Below, one piece after another: positions 14,601 through 29,500 of a stretch of 64,000 bases of DNA (the first letter of the stretch is position 1; every line of letters starts with the position of its first letter). The position numbers and the translations under genes are program-made. This DNA is from Yuukianura sp. NJ FZ-2021 (Eukaryota): NCBI GenBank assembly GCA_046563655.1, contig CM102287.1, positions 372,001 through 436,000 on the forward strand, read 5' to 3'. Below the pieces are notes generated by a model. That model had not been told where the DNA came from. It was given only the letters and a program-made list of their open reading frames with translations, and did no database searches.

Positions 14601-17600
14601 CTTTTACCCAGCATCGTTCCGGAATGCATTTCTTTTGAATTCTTTGTTTTGAAACAAGAATTTTCCTAAATAAAAGTAACAAGATTAGGGACGACACAGC
14701 AAGTGAAAGTGGGCTCCTGTAGCACTTTTTATGAGGATTTCAAAAATGAAATTTACTTTCTGTTTATTCTCGCATTAGCATGTTCATTCTCACAAATTTA
14801 AGTTGTTTTCGACAAAATGGTGCTCGGCATTGCCCTGGGTACCGTTTACCAACCCAAGATAAACTCCGAGGCAGAGCGGTTCATCCAGAATTTTAAGTAC
14901 GCTCTAACCAGATTTAATGGCGATCTATCCACGCCAATTATCCTTGGGTTCATGTAGTACTTTTCAGGAGGATTTCAGAAAAGTAACTCATTTTCACCCG
15001 GCATCGCTCCGCGTGGAGGTTTTTCGAAATATTTGTTTGGAAACAAATTTCCATGAAGAAACGTAACGAGATGAGGGACGACACAGCAAGTGAAAGTGGG
15101 TTCCTGTAGCCCTTTTTATGAGGATTTCAAAAATGTAGTTGACTTTTACCCAGCATCGTTCCGGAATGCATTTCTTTTGAATTCTTTGTTTTGAAACATG
15201 AATTTTCATAAATAAAGGTAACAAGATGTGGGACGACACAGCAAGTGAAAGTGGGCTCCTGTAGCACTTTTTATGAGGATTTCAAAAATGTAATTTACTT
15301 TTACCTGGCATCGTTTCGGAATGCATTTCTTTTGAATTCTTTGTTTTTAAACATGAATTTTCCTAAATAAAAGTAACAAGATTAGGGACGACACAGCAAG
15401 TGAAAATGGGCTCCTGTAGCACATATTATGAGGATTTCAAAAATGTAATTTACTTTCTGTTCATTCTCACATTAGCATGTTCATTCTCAGAAATTTAAGT
15501 CGTTTTCAACAAAATGGTGCTCGGCATTGCCCTGGGTACCGTTTACCAACCCAAGATAAACTCCGAGGCAGAGCGGTTCATCCAGACTCTTAAGTACGCT
15601 CTAACCAGATTTAATGGCGATCTATCCACGCCAATTATCCTTGGGTTCCTGTAGTACTTTTCAGGAGGATTTCAGAAAAGTAACTCATTTTCACCCGGCA
15701 TCGCTCCGCGTAGAGGTTTTTCGAAATATTTGTTTGGAAACAAATTTTCATAAAGAAAAGTAACGAGATGAGGGACGACACAGCAAGTGAAAGTGGGTTC
15801 CTGTAGCCCTTTTTATGAGGATTTCAAAAATGTAGTTGACTGTTACCTAGCATCGTTCCGGAATGCATTTCTTTTGAATTCTTTGTTTTGAAACATGAAT
15901 TTTCCTAAATAAAAGTAACAAGATTAGGGACGACACAGCAAGTGAAAGTGGGCTCCTGTAGCACTTTTTATGAGGATTTCAAAAATGAAATTTACTTTCT
16001 GTTTATTCTCGCATTAGCATGTTCATTCTCACAAATTTAAGTTGTTTTCGACAAAATGGTGCTCGGCATTGCCCTGGGTACCGTTTACCAACCCAAGATA
16101 AACTCCGAGGCAGAGCGGTTCATCCAGAATTTTAAGTACGCTCTAACCAGATTTAATGGCGATCTATCCACGCCAATTATCCTTGGGTTCATGTAGTACT
16201 TTTCAGGAGGATTTCAGAAAAGTAACTCATTTTCACCCGGCATCGCTCCGCGTGGAGGTTTTTCGAAATATTTGTTTGGAAACAAATTTCCATGAAGAAA
16301 CGTAACGAGATGAGGGACGACACAGCAAGTGAAAGTGGGTTCCTGTAGCCCTTTTTATGAGGATTTCAAAAATGTAGTTGACTTTTACCCAGCATCGTTC
16401 CGGAATGCATTTCTTTTGAATTCTTTGTTTTGAAACATGAATTTTCATAAATAAAGGTAACAAGATGTGGGACGACACAGCAAGTGAAAGTGGGCTCCTG
16501 TAGCACTTTTTATGAGGATTTCAAAAATGTAATTTACTTTTACCTGGCATCGTTTCGGAATGCATTTCTTTTGAATTCTTTGTTTTTAAACATGAATTTT
16601 CCTAAATAAAAGTAACAAGATTAGGGACGACACAGCAAGTGAAAATGGGCTCCTGTAGCACATATTATGAGGATTTCAAAAATGTAATTTACTTTCTGTT
16701 CATTCTCACATTAGCATGTTTATTCTCAGAAATTTAAGTCGTTTTCGACAAAATGGTGCTCGGCATTGCCCTGGGTACCGTTTACCAACCCAAGATAAAC
16801 TCCGAGGCAGAGCGGTTCATCCAGACTCTTAAGTACGCTCTAACCAGATTTAATGGCGATCTATCCACGCCAATTATCCTTGGGTTCCTGTAGTACTTTT
16901 CAGGAGGATTTCAGAAAAGTAACTCATTTTCACCCGGCATCGCTCCGCGTAGAGGTTTTTCGAAATATTTGTTTGGAAACAAATTTTCATAAAGAAAAGT
17001 AACGAGATGAGGGACGACACAGCAAGTGAAAGTGGGTTCCTGTAGCCCTTTTTATGAGGATTTCAAAAATGTAGTTGACTGTTACCTAGCATCGTTCCGG
17101 AATGCATTTCTTTTGAATTCTTTGTTTTGAAACATGAATTTTCCTAAATAAAAGTAACAAGATTAGGGACGACACAGCAAGTGAAAGTGGGCTCCTGTAG
17201 CACTGTTTATGAGGATTTCAAAGCTGTAGTTGACTTTTACCCAGCATCGTTCCGGAATGCATTTCTTTTGAATTCTTTGTTTTGAAACATGAATTTTCAT
17301 AAATAAAGGTAACAAGATGTGGGACGACACAGCAAGTGAAAGTGGGCTCCTGTAGCACTTTTTATGAGGATTTCAAAAATGTAATTTACTTTTACCTGGC
17401 ATCGTTTCGGAATGCATTTCTTTTGAATTTTTGTTGTGAAACATGAATTTTCATAAATAAAGGTAACAAGATGAGGGACGACACAGCAAGTGAAAGTGGG
17501 CTCCTGCAGAACGTTTTATGAGGATTTCAAAAATGTAGTTGACTTTTACCCAGCATCGTTCCGGAATGCATTTCTTTTGAATTCTTTGTTTTGAAACAAG

Positions 17601-20550
17601 AATTTTCCTAAATAAAAGTAACAAGATTAGGGACGACACAGCAAGTGAAAGTGGGCTCCTGTAGCACTGTTTATGAGGATTTCAAAGCTGTAGTTGACTT
17701 TTACCCAGCATCGTTCCGGAATGCATTTCTTTTGAATTCTTTGTTTTGAAACATGAATTTTCATAAATAAAGGTAACAAGATGTGGGACGACACAGCAAG
17801 TGAAAGTGGGCTCCTGTAGCACTTTTTATGAGGATTTCAAAAATGTAATTTACTTTTACCTGGCATCGTTTCGGAATGCATTTCTTTTGAATTTTTGTTG
17901 TGAAACATGAATTTTCATAAATAAAGGTAACAAGATGAGGGACGACACAGCAAGTGAAAGTGGGCTCCTGCAGAACGTTTTATGAGGATTTCAAAAATGT
18001 AGTTGACTTTTACCCAGCATCGTTCCGGAATGCATTTCTTTTGAATTCTTTGTTTTGAAACAAGAATTTTCCTAAATAAAAGTAACAAGATTAGGGACGA
18101 CACAGCAAGTGAAAGTGGGCTCCTGTAACACTTTTTATGAGGATTTCAAAAATGAAATTTACTTTCTGTTTATTCTCGCATTAGCATGTTCATTCTCACA
18201 AATTTAAGTTGTTTTCGACAAAATGGTGCTCGGCATTGCCCTGGGTACCGTTTACCAACCCAAGATAAACTCCGAGGCAGAGCGGTTCATCCAGAATTTT
18301 AAGTACGCTCTAACCAGATTTAATGGCGATCTATCCACGCCAATTATCCTTGGGTTAATGTAGTACTTTTCAGGAGGATTTCAGAAAAGTAACTCATTTT
18401 CACCCGGCATCGCTCCGCGTGTCGAAATATTTGTTTGGAAACAAATTTCCATGAAGAAACGTAACGAGATGAGGGACGACACAGCAAGTGAAAGTGGGCT
18501 CCTGTAGCACTGTTTATGAGGATTTCAAAGCTGTAGTTGACTTTTACCCAACATCGTTCCGGAATGCATTTCTTTTGAATTCTTTGTTTTGAAACATGAA
18601 TTTTCATAAATAAAGGTAACAAGATGTGGGACGACACAGCAAGTGAAAGTGGGCTCCTGTAGCACTTTTTATGAGGATTTCAAAAATGTAATTTACTTTT
18701 ACCTGGCATCGTTTCGGAATGCATTTCTTTTGAATTTTTGTTGTGAAACATGAATTTTCATAAATAAAGGTAACAAGATGAGGGACGACACAGCAAGTGA
18801 AAGTGGGCTCCTGCAGAACGTTTTATGAGGATTTCAAAAATGTAGTTGACTTTTACCCAGCATCGTTCCGGAATGCATTTCTTTTGAATTCTTTGTTTTG
18901 AAACAAGAATTTTCCTAAATAAAAGTAACAAGATTAGGGACGACACAGCAAGTGAAAGTGGGCTCCTGCAGAACGTTTTATGAGGATTTCAAAAATGTAG
19001 TTGACTTTTACCCAGCATCGTTCCGGAATGCATTTCTTTTGAATTCTTTGTTTTGAAACAAGAATTTTCCTAAATAAAAGTAACAAGATTAGGGACGACA
19101 CAGCAAGTGAAAGTGGGCTCCTGTAACACTTTTTATGAGGATTTCAAAAATGAAATTTACTTTCTGTTTATTCTCGCATTAGCATGTTCATTCTCACAAA
19201 TTTAAGTTGTTTTCGACAAAATGGTGCTCGGCATTGCCCTGGGTACCGTTTACCAACCCAAGATAAACTCCGAGGCAGAGCGGTTCATCCAGAATTTTAA
19301 GTACGCTCTAACCAGATTTAATGGCGATCTATCCACGCCAATTATCCTTGGGTTAATGTAGTACTTTTCAGGAGGATTTCAGAAAAGTAACTCATTTTCA
19401 CCCGGCATCGCTCCGCGTGTCGAAATATTTGTTTGGAAACAAATTTCCATGAAGAAACGTAACGAGATGAGGGACGACACAGCAAGTGAAAGTGGCCTCC
19501 TGTAGCACTGTTTATGAGGATTTCAAAGCTGTAGTTGACTTTTACCCAACATCGTTCCGGAATGCATTTCTTTTGAATTCTTTGTTTTGAAACATGAATT
19601 TTCATAAATAAAGGTAACAAGATGTGGGACGACACAGCAAGTGAAAGTGGGCTCCTGTAGCACTTTTTATGAGGATTTCAAAAATGTAATTTACTTTTAC
19701 CTGGCATCGTTTCGGAATGCATTTCTTTTGAATTTTTGTTGTGAAACATGAATTTTCATAAATAAAGGTAACAAGATGAGGGACGACACAGCAAGTGAAA
19801 GTGGGCTCCTGCAGAACGTTTTATGAGGATTTCAAAAATGTAGTTGACTTTTACCCAGCATCGTTCCGGAATGCATTTCTTTTGAATTCTTTGTTTTGAA
19901 ACAAGAATTTTCCTAAATAAAAGTAACAAGATTAGGGACGACACAGCAAGTGAAAGTGGGCTCCTGTAGCACTGTTTATGAGGATTTCAAAAATGAAATT
20001 TACTTTCTGTTTATTCTCGCATTAGCATGTTCATTCTCACAAATTTAAGTTGTTTTCGACAAAATGGTGCTCGGCATTGCCCTGGGTACCGTTTACCAAC
20101 CCAAGATAAACTCCGAGGCAGAGCGGTTCATCCAGACTCTTAAGTACGCTCTAACCAGATTTAATGGCGATCTATCCACGCCAATTATCCTTGGGTTCCT
20201 GTAGTACTTTTCAGGAGGATTTCAGAAAAGTAACTCATTTTCACCCGGCATCGCTCCGCGTAGAGGTTTTTCGAAATATTTGTTTGGAAACAAATTTTCA
20301 TAAAGAAAAGTAACGAGATGAGGGACGACACAGCAAGTGAAAGTGGGTTCCTGTAGCCCTTTTTATGAGGATTTCAAAAATGTAGTTGACTGTTACCTAG
20401 CATCGTTCCGGAATGCATTTCTTTTGAATTCTTTGTTTTGAAACATGAATTTTCCTAAATAAAAGTAACAAGATTAGGGACGACACAGCAAGTGAAAGTG
20501 GGCTCCTGTAGCACTGTTTATGAGGATTTCAAAGCTGTAGTTGACTTTTA
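5700..20550 (+). repeat. 7415-bp near-identical tandem duplication within the satellite (boundaries approximate)
   Basis: ORF-track series repeats at a constant 7415 offset (6475/13890, 7579/14994, 10929/18344, 12341/19756); rare variant TAGATTTT at 5771 and 13186. Confidence 0.9.
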
Positions 20551-23500
20551 CCCAGCATCGTTCCGGAATGCATTTCTTTTGAATTCTTTGTTTTGAAACA
20601 TGAATTTTCATAAATAAAGGTAACAAGATGTGGGACGACACAGCAAGTGAAAGTGGGCTCCTGTAGCACTTTTTATGAGGATTTCAAAAATGTAATTTAC
20701 TTTTACCTGGCATCGTTTCGGAATGCATTTCTTTTGAATTTTTGTTGTGAAACATGAATTTTCATAAATAAAGGTAACAAGATGAGGGACGACAAAGCAA
20801 GTGAAAGTGGGCTCCTGCAGAACGTTTTATGAGGATTTCAAAAATGTAGTTGACTTTTACCCAGCATCGTTCCGGAATGCATTTCTTTTGAATTCTTTGT
20901 TTTGAAACAAGAATTTTCCTAAATAAAAGTAACAAGATTAAGGACGACACAGCAAGTGAAAGTGGGCTCCTGTAACACTTTTTATGAGGATTTCAAAAAT
21001 GAAATTTACTTTCTGTTTATTCTCGCATTAGCATGTTCATTCTCACAAATTTAAGTTGTTTTCGACAAAATGGTGCTCGGCATTGCCCTGGGTACCGTTT
21101 ACCAACCCAAGATAAACTCCGAGGCAGAGCGGTTCATCCAGAATTTTAAGTACGCTCTAACCAGATTTAATGGCGATCTATCCACGCCAATTATCCTTGG
21201 GTTAATGTAGTACTTTTCAGGAGGATTTCAGAAAAGTAACTCATTTTCACCCGGCATCGCTCCGCGTGTCGAAATATTTGTTTGGAAACAAATTTCCATG
21301 AAGAAACGTAACGAGATGAGGGACGACACAGCAAGTGAAAGTGGGCTCCTGTAGCACTGTTTATGAGGATTTCAAAGCTGTAGTTGACTTTTACCCAACA
21401 TCGTTTCGGAATGCATTTCTTTTGAATTCTTTGTTTTGAAACATGAATTTTCATAAATAAAGGTAACAAGATGTGGGACGACACAGCAAGTGAAAGTGGG
21501 CTCCTGTAGCACTTTTTATGAGGATTTCAAAAATGTAATTTACTTTTACCTGGCATCGTTTCGGAATGCATTTCTTTTGAATTTTTGTTGTGAAACATGA
21601 ATTTTCATAAATAAAGGTAACAAGATGAGGGACGACACAGCAAGTGAAAGTGGGCTCCTGCAGAACGTTTTATGAGGATTTCAAAAATGTAGTTGACTTT
21701 TACCCAGCATCGTTCCGGAATGCATTTCTTTTGAATTCTTTGTTTTGAAACAAGAATTTTCCTAAATAAAAGTAACAAGATTAGGGACGACACAGCAAGT
21801 GAAAGTGGGCTCCTGTAGCACTTTTTATGAGGATTTCAAAAATGAAATTTACTTTCTGTTTATTCTCGCATTAGCATGTTCATTCTCACAAATTTAAGTT
21901 GTTTTCGACAAAATGGTGCTCGGCATTGCCCTGGGTACCGTTTACCAACCCAAGATAAACTCCGAGGCAGAGCGGTTCATCCAGACTCTTAAGTACGCTC
22001 TAACCAGATTTAATGGCGATCTATCCACGCCAATTATCCTTGGGTTCCTGTAGTACTTTTCAGGAGGATTTCAGAAAAGTAACTCATTTTCACCCGGCAT
22101 CGCTCCGCGTAGAGGTTTTTCGAAATATTTGTTTGGAAACAAATTTTCATAAAGAAAAGTAACGAGATGAGGGACGACACAGCAAGTGAAAGTGGGTTCC
22201 TGTAGCCCTTTTTATGAGGATTTCAAAAATGTAGTTGACTGTTACCTAGCATCGTTCCGGAATGCATTTCTTTTGAATTCTTTGTTTTGAAACATGAATT
22301 TTCCTAAATAAAAGTAACAAGATTAGGGACGACACAGCAAGTGAAAGTGGGCTCCTGTAGCACTGTTTATGAGGATTTCAAAGCTGTAGTTGACTTTTAC
22401 CCAGCATCGTTCCGGAATGCATTTCTTTTGAATTCTTTGTTTTGAAACATGAATTTTCATAAATAAAGGTAACAAGATGTGGGACGACACAGCAAGTGAA
22501 AGTGGGCTCCTGTAGCACTTTTTATGAGGATTTCAAAAATGTATTTTACTTTTACCTGGCATCGTTTCGGAATGCATTTCTTTTGAATTTTTGTTGTGAA
22601 ACATGAATTTTCATAAATAAAGGTAACAAGATGAGGGACGACACAGCAAGTGAAAGTGGGCTCCTGCAGAACGTTTTATGAGGATTTCAAAAATGTAGTT
22701 GACTTTTACCCAGCATCGTTCCGGAATGCATTTCTTTTGAATTCTTTGTTTTGAAACAAGAATTTTCCTAAATAAAAGTAACAAGATTAGGGACGACACA
22801 GCAAGTGAAAGTGGGCTCCTGTAGCACTTTTTATGAGGATTTCAAAAATGAAATTTACTTTCTGTTTATTCTCGCATTAGCATGTTCATTCTCACAAATT
22901 TAAGTTGTTTTCGACAAAATGGTGCTCGGCATTGCCCTGGGTACCGTTTACCAACCCAAGATAAACTCCGAGGCAGAGCGGTTCATCCAGACTCTTAATT
23001 ACGCTCTAACCAGATTTAATGGCGATCTATCCACGCCAATTATCCTTGGGTTCCTGTAGTACTTTTCAGGAGGATTTCAGAAAAGTAACTCATTTTCACC
23101 CGGCATCGCTCCGCGTAGAGGTTTTTCGAAATATTTGTTTGGAAACAAATTTTCATAAAGAAAAGTAACGAGATTAGGGACGACACAGCAAGTGAAAGTG
23201 GGTTCCTGTAGCCCTTTTTATGAGGATTTCAAAAATGTAGTTGACTGTTACCTAGCATCGTTCCGGAATGCATTTCTTTTGAATTCTTTGTTTTGAAACA
23301 TGAATTTTCCTAAATAAAAGTAACAAGATTAGGGACGACACAGCAAGTGAAAGTGGGCTCCTGTAGCACTGTTTATGAGGATTTCAAAGCTGTAGTTGAC
23401 TTTTACCCAGCATCGTTCCGGAATGCATTTCTTTTGAATTCTTTGTTTTGAAACATGAATTTTCATAAATAAAGGTAACAAGATGTGGGACGACACAGCA

Positions 23501-26500
23501 AGTGAAAGTGGGATCCTGTAGCACTTTTTATGAGGATTTCAAAAATGTATTTTACTTTTACCTGGCATCGTTTCGGAATGCATTTCTTTTGAATTTTTGT
23601 TGTGAAACATGAATTTTCATAAATAAAGGTAACAAGATGAGGGACGACACAGCAAGTGAAAGTGGGCTCCTGCAGAACGTTTTATGAGGATTTCAAAAAT
23701 GTAGTTGACTTTTACCCAGCATCGTTCCGGAATGCATTTCTTTTGAATTCATTGTTTTGAAACAAGAATTTTCCTAAATAAAAGTAACAAGATTAGGGAC
23801 GACACAGCAAGTGAAAGTGGGCTCCTGTAGCACTTTTTATGAGGATTTCAAAAATGAAATTTACTTTCTGTTTATTCTCGCATTAGCATGTTCATTCTCA
23901 CAAATTTAAGTTGTTTTCGACAAAATGGTGCTCGGCATTGCCCTGGGTACCGTTTACCAACCCAAGATAAACTCCGAGGCAGAGCGGTTCATCCAGAATT
24001 TTAAGTACGCTCTAACCAGATTTAATGGCGATCTATCCACGCCAATTATCCTTGGGTTCATGTAGTACTTTTCAGGAGGATTTCAGAAAAGTAACTCATT
24101 TTCACCCGGCATCGCTCCGCGTGGAGGTTTTTCGAAATATTTGTTTGGAAACAAATTTCCATGAAGAAACGTAACGAGATGAGGGACGACACAGCAAGTG
24201 AAAGTGGGTTCCTGTAGCCCTTTTTATGAGGATTTCAAAAATGTAGTTGACTTTTACCTAGCATCGTTTCGGAATGCATTTCTTTGAATTTTTGTTGTGA
24301 AACATGAATTTTCATAAATAAAGGTAACAAGATGAGGGACGACACAGCAAGTGAAAGTGGGCTCCTGCAGAACGTTTTATGAGGATTTCAAAGATGTAGT
24401 TGACTTTTACCCAGCATCGTTCCGGAATGCATTTCTTTTGAATTCTTTGTTTTGAAACATGAATTTTCATAAATAAAGGTAACAAGATGTGGGACGACAC
24501 AGCAAGTAAAAGTGGGCTCCTGTAGCACTTTTTATGAGGATTTCAAAAATGTAATTTACTTTTACCTGGCATCGTTTCGGAATGCATTTCTTTTGAATTC
24601 TTTGTTTTTAAACATGAATTTTCCTAAATAAAAGTAACAAGATTAGGGACGACACAGCAAGTGAAAATGGGCTCCTGTAGCACATATTATGAGGATTTCA
24701 AACATGTAATTTACTTTCTGTTCATTCTCACATTAGCATGTTTATTCTCAGAAATTTAAGTCGTTTTCGACAAAATGGTGCTCGGCATTGCCCTGGGTAC
24801 CGTTTACCAACCCAAGATAAACTCCGAGGCAGAGCGGTTCATCCAGACTCTTAAGTACGCTCTAACCAGATTTAATGGCGATCTATCCACGCCAATTATC
24901 CTTGGGTTCCTGTAGTACTTTTCAGGAGGATTTCAGAAAAGTAACTCATTTTCACCCGGCATCGCTCCGCGTGGAGGTTTTTCGAAATATTTGTTTGGAA
25001 ACAAATTTCCATGAAGAAACGTAACGAGATGAGGGACGACACAGCAAGTGAAAGTGGGTTCCTGTAGCCCTTTTTATGAGGATTTCAAAAATGTAGTTGA
25101 CTTTTACCTAGCATCGTTTCGGAATGCATTTCTTTGAATTTTTGTTGTGAAACATGAATTTTCATAAATAAAGGTAACAAGATGTGGGACGACACAGCAA
25201 GTGAAAGTGGGCTCCTGCAGAACGTTTTATGAGGATTTCAAAGATGTAGTTGACTTTTACCCAGCATCGTTCCGGAATGCATTTCTTTTGAATTCTTTGT
25301 TTTGAAACATGAATTTTCATAAATAAAGGTAACAAGATGTGGGACGACACAGCAAGTGAAAGTGGGCTCCTGTAGCACTTTTTATGAGGATTTCAAAAAT
25401 GTAATTTACTTTTACCTGGCATCGTTTCGGAATGCATTTCTTTTGAATTCTTTGTTTTTAAACATGAATTTTCCTAAATAAAAGTAACAAGATTAGGGAC
25501 GACACAGCAAGTGAAAATGGGCTCCTGTAGCACATATTATGAGGATTTCAAACATGTAATTTACTTTCTGTTCATTCTCACATTAGCATGTTTATTCTCA
25601 GAAATTTAAGTCGTTTTCGACAAAATGGTGCTCGGCATTGCCCTGGGTACCGTTTACCAACCCAAGATAAACTCCGAGGCAGAGCGGTTCATCCAGACTC
25701 TTAAGTACGCTCTAACCAGATTTAATGGCGATCTATCCACGCCAATTATCCTTGGGTTCCTGTAGTACTTTTCAGGAGGATTTCAGAAAAGTAACTCATT
25801 TTCACCCGGCATCGCTCCGCATGGAGGTTTTTCGAAATATTTGTTTGGAAACAAATTTCCATGAAGAAACGTAACGAGATGAGGGACGACACAGCAAGTG
25901 AAAGTGGGTTCCTGTAGCCCTTTTTATGAGGATTTCAAAAATGTAGTTGACTTTTACCTAGCATCGTTTCGGAATGCATTTCTTTGAATTTTTGTTGTGA
26001 AACATGAATTTTCATAAATAAAGGTAACAAGATGAGGGACGACACAGCAAGTGAAAGTGGGCTCCTGCAGAACGTTTTATGAGGATTTCAAAGATGTAGT
26101 TGACTTTTACCCAGCATCGTTCCGGAATGCATTTCTTTTGAATTCTTTGTTTTGAAACATGAATTTTCATAAATAAAGGTAACAAGATGTGGGACGACAC
26201 AGCAAGTGAAAGTGGGCTCCTGTAGCACTTTTTATGAGGATTTCAAAAATGTAATTTACTTTTACCTGGCATCGTTTCGGAATGCATTTCTTTTGAATTC
26301 TTTGTTTTTAAACATGAATTTTCCTAAATAAAAGTAACAAGATTAGGGACGACACAGCAAGTGAAAATGGGCTCCTGTAGCACATATTATGAGGATTTCA
26401 AAAATGTAATTTACTTTCTGTTCATTTTCACATTAGCATGTTTACTCTCAGAAATTTAAGTCGTTTTCGACAAAATGGTGCTCGGCATTGCCCTGGGTAC

Positions 26501-29500
26501 CGTTTACCAACCCAAGATAAACTCCGAGGCAGTGCGGTTCATCCAGACTCTTAAGTACGCTCTAACCAGATTTAATGGCGATCTATCCACGCCAATTATC
26601 CTTGGGTTCCTGTAATACTTTTCAGGAGGATTTCAAAAAAGTAACTCATTTTCACCCGGCATCGCTCCGCGTGGAGGTTTTTCGAAATATTTGTTTGGAA
26701 ACAAATTTTCATAAAGAAAAGTAACGAGATGAGGGACGACACAGCAAGTGAAAGTGGGTTCCTGTAGCCCTTTTTATGAGGATTTCAAAAATGTAGTTGA
26801 CTGTTACCTAGCATCGTTCCGGAATGCATTTCTTTTGAATTCTTTGTTTTGAAACATAGATTTTCATAAATAAAAGTAACAAGATGAGGGAGGACACAGC
26901 AAGTGAAAATGGGCTCCTGTAGCACATACTTTGAGGATTTCAAAAATGTAATTTACTTTCTGTTCATTCTCACATTAGCATGTTTACTCTCAGAAATTTA
27001 AGTCGTTTTCGACAAAATGGTGCTCGGCATTGCCCTGGGTACCGTTTACCAACCCAAGATAAACTCCGAGGCAGAGCGGTTCATCCAGACTCTTAAGTAC
27101 GCTCTAACCAGATTTAATGGCGATCTATCCACGCCAATTATCCTTGGGTTCCTGTAGTACTTTTCAGGAGGATTTCAGAAAAGTAACTCATTTTCACCCG
27201 GCATCGCTCCGCGTGGAGGTTTTTCGAAATATTTGTTTGGAAACAAATTTTCATGAAGAAAAGTAACGAGATGAGGGACGACACAGCAAGTGAAAGTGGG
27301 TTCCTGTAGCCCTTTTTATGAGGATTTCAAAAATGTAGTTGACTGTTACCTAGCATCGTTCCGGAATGCATTTCTTTTGAATTCTTTGTTTTGAAACATA
27401 GATTTTCATAAATAAAAGTAACAAGATGAGGGAGGACACAGCAAGTGAAAATGGGCTCCTGTAGCACATACTTTGAGGATTTCAAAAATGTAATTTACTC
27501 TCTGTTCATTCTCACATTAGCATGTTTATTCTCAGAAATTTAAGTCGTTTTCGACAAAATGGTGCTCGGCATTGCCTTGGGTACCGTTTACCAACCCAAG
27601 ATAAACTCCGAGGCAGAGCGGTTCATCCAGACTCTTAAGTACGCTCTAACCAGATTTAATGGCGATCTATCCACGCCAATTATCCTTGGGTTCCTGTAGT
27701 ACTTTTCAGGAGGATTTCAGAAAAGTAACTCATTTTCACCCGGCATCGCTCCGCGTGGAGGTTTTTCGAAATATTTGTTTGGAAACAAATTTTCATGAAG
27801 AAAAGTAACGAGATGAGGGACGACACAGCAAGTGAAAGTGGGTTCCTGTAGCACTTTTTATGAGGATTTCAAAAATGTAGTTGACTGTTACCTAGCATCG
27901 TTCCGGAATTCATTTCTTTTGAATTCTCTGTTTTGAAACATGAATTTTCATAAATAAAAGTAACAAGATGAGGGACGACACAGCAAGTGAAAATGGGCTC
28001 CTGTAGCACATACTTTGAGGATTTCAAAAATGTAATTTACTTTCTGTTCATTCTCACATTAGCATGTTTACTCTCAGAAATTTAAGTCGTTTTCGACAAA
28101 ATGGTGCTCGGCATTGCCCTGGGTACAGTTTACCAACCCAAGATAAACTCCGAGGCAGAGCGGTTCATCCAGACTCTTAAGTACGCTCTAACCAGATTTA
28201 ATGGCGATCTATCCACGCCAATTATCCTTGGGTTCCTGTAGTACTTTTCAGGAGGATTTCAGAAAAGTAACTCATTTTCACCCGGCATCGCTCCGCGTGG
28301 AGGTTTTTCGAAATATTTGTTTGGAAACAAATTTTCATGAAGAAAAGTAACAAGATGAGGGACGACACAGCAAGTGAAAGTGGGTTCCTGTAGCCCTTTT
28401 TATGAGGATTTCAAAAATGTAGTTGACTGTTACCTAGCATCGTTCCGGAATGCATTTCTTTTGAATTCTTTGTTTTGAAACATAGATTTTCATAAATAAA
28501 AGTAACAAGATGAGGGAGGACACAGCAAGTGAAAATGGGCTCCTGTAGCACATACTTTGAGGATTTCAAAAATGTAATTTACTTTCTGTTCATTCTTACA
28601 TTAGCATGTTTATTCTCAGAAATTTAAGTCGTTTTCGACAAAATGGTGCTCGGCATTGCCTTGGGTACCGTTTACCAACCCAAGATAAACTCCGAGGCAG
28701 AGCGGTTCATCCAGACTCTTAAGTACGCTCTAACCAGATTTAATGGCGATCTATCCACGCCAATTATCCTTGGGTTCCTGTAGTACTTTTCAGGAGGATT
28801 TCAGAAAAGTAACTCATTTTCACTCGGCATCGCTCCGCGTGGAGGTTTTTCGAAATATTTGTTTGGAAACAAATTTTCATGAAGAAAAGTAACGAGATGA
28901 GGGACGACACAGCAAGTGAAAGTGGGTTCCTGTAGCACTTTTTATGAGGATTTCAAAAATGTAGTTGACTGTTACCTAGCATCGTTCCGGAATTCATTTC
29001 TTTTGAATTCTCTGTTTTGAAACATGAATTTTCATAAATAAAAGTAACAAGATGAGGGACGACACAGCAAGTGAAAATGGGCTCCTGTAGCACATACTTT
29101 GAGGATTTCAAAAATGTAATTTACTTTCTGTTCATTCTCACATTAGCATGTTTATTCTCAGAAATTTAAGTCGTTTTCGACAAAATGGTGCTCGGCATTG
29201 CCCTGGGTACCGTTTACCAACCCAAGATAATCTCCGAGGCAGAGCGGTTCATCCAGACTCTTAAGTACGCTCTAACCAGATTTAATGGCGATCTATCCAC
29301 GCCAATTATCCTTGGGTTCCTGTAGTACTTTTCAGGAGGATTTCAGAAAAGTAACTCATTTTCACCCGGCATCGCTCCGCGTGGAGGTTTTTCGAAATAT
29401 TTGTTTGGAAACAAATTTTCATGAAGAAAAGTAACGAGATGAGGGACGACACAGCAAGTGAAAGTGGGTTCCTGTAGCACTTTTTATGAGGATTTCAAAA

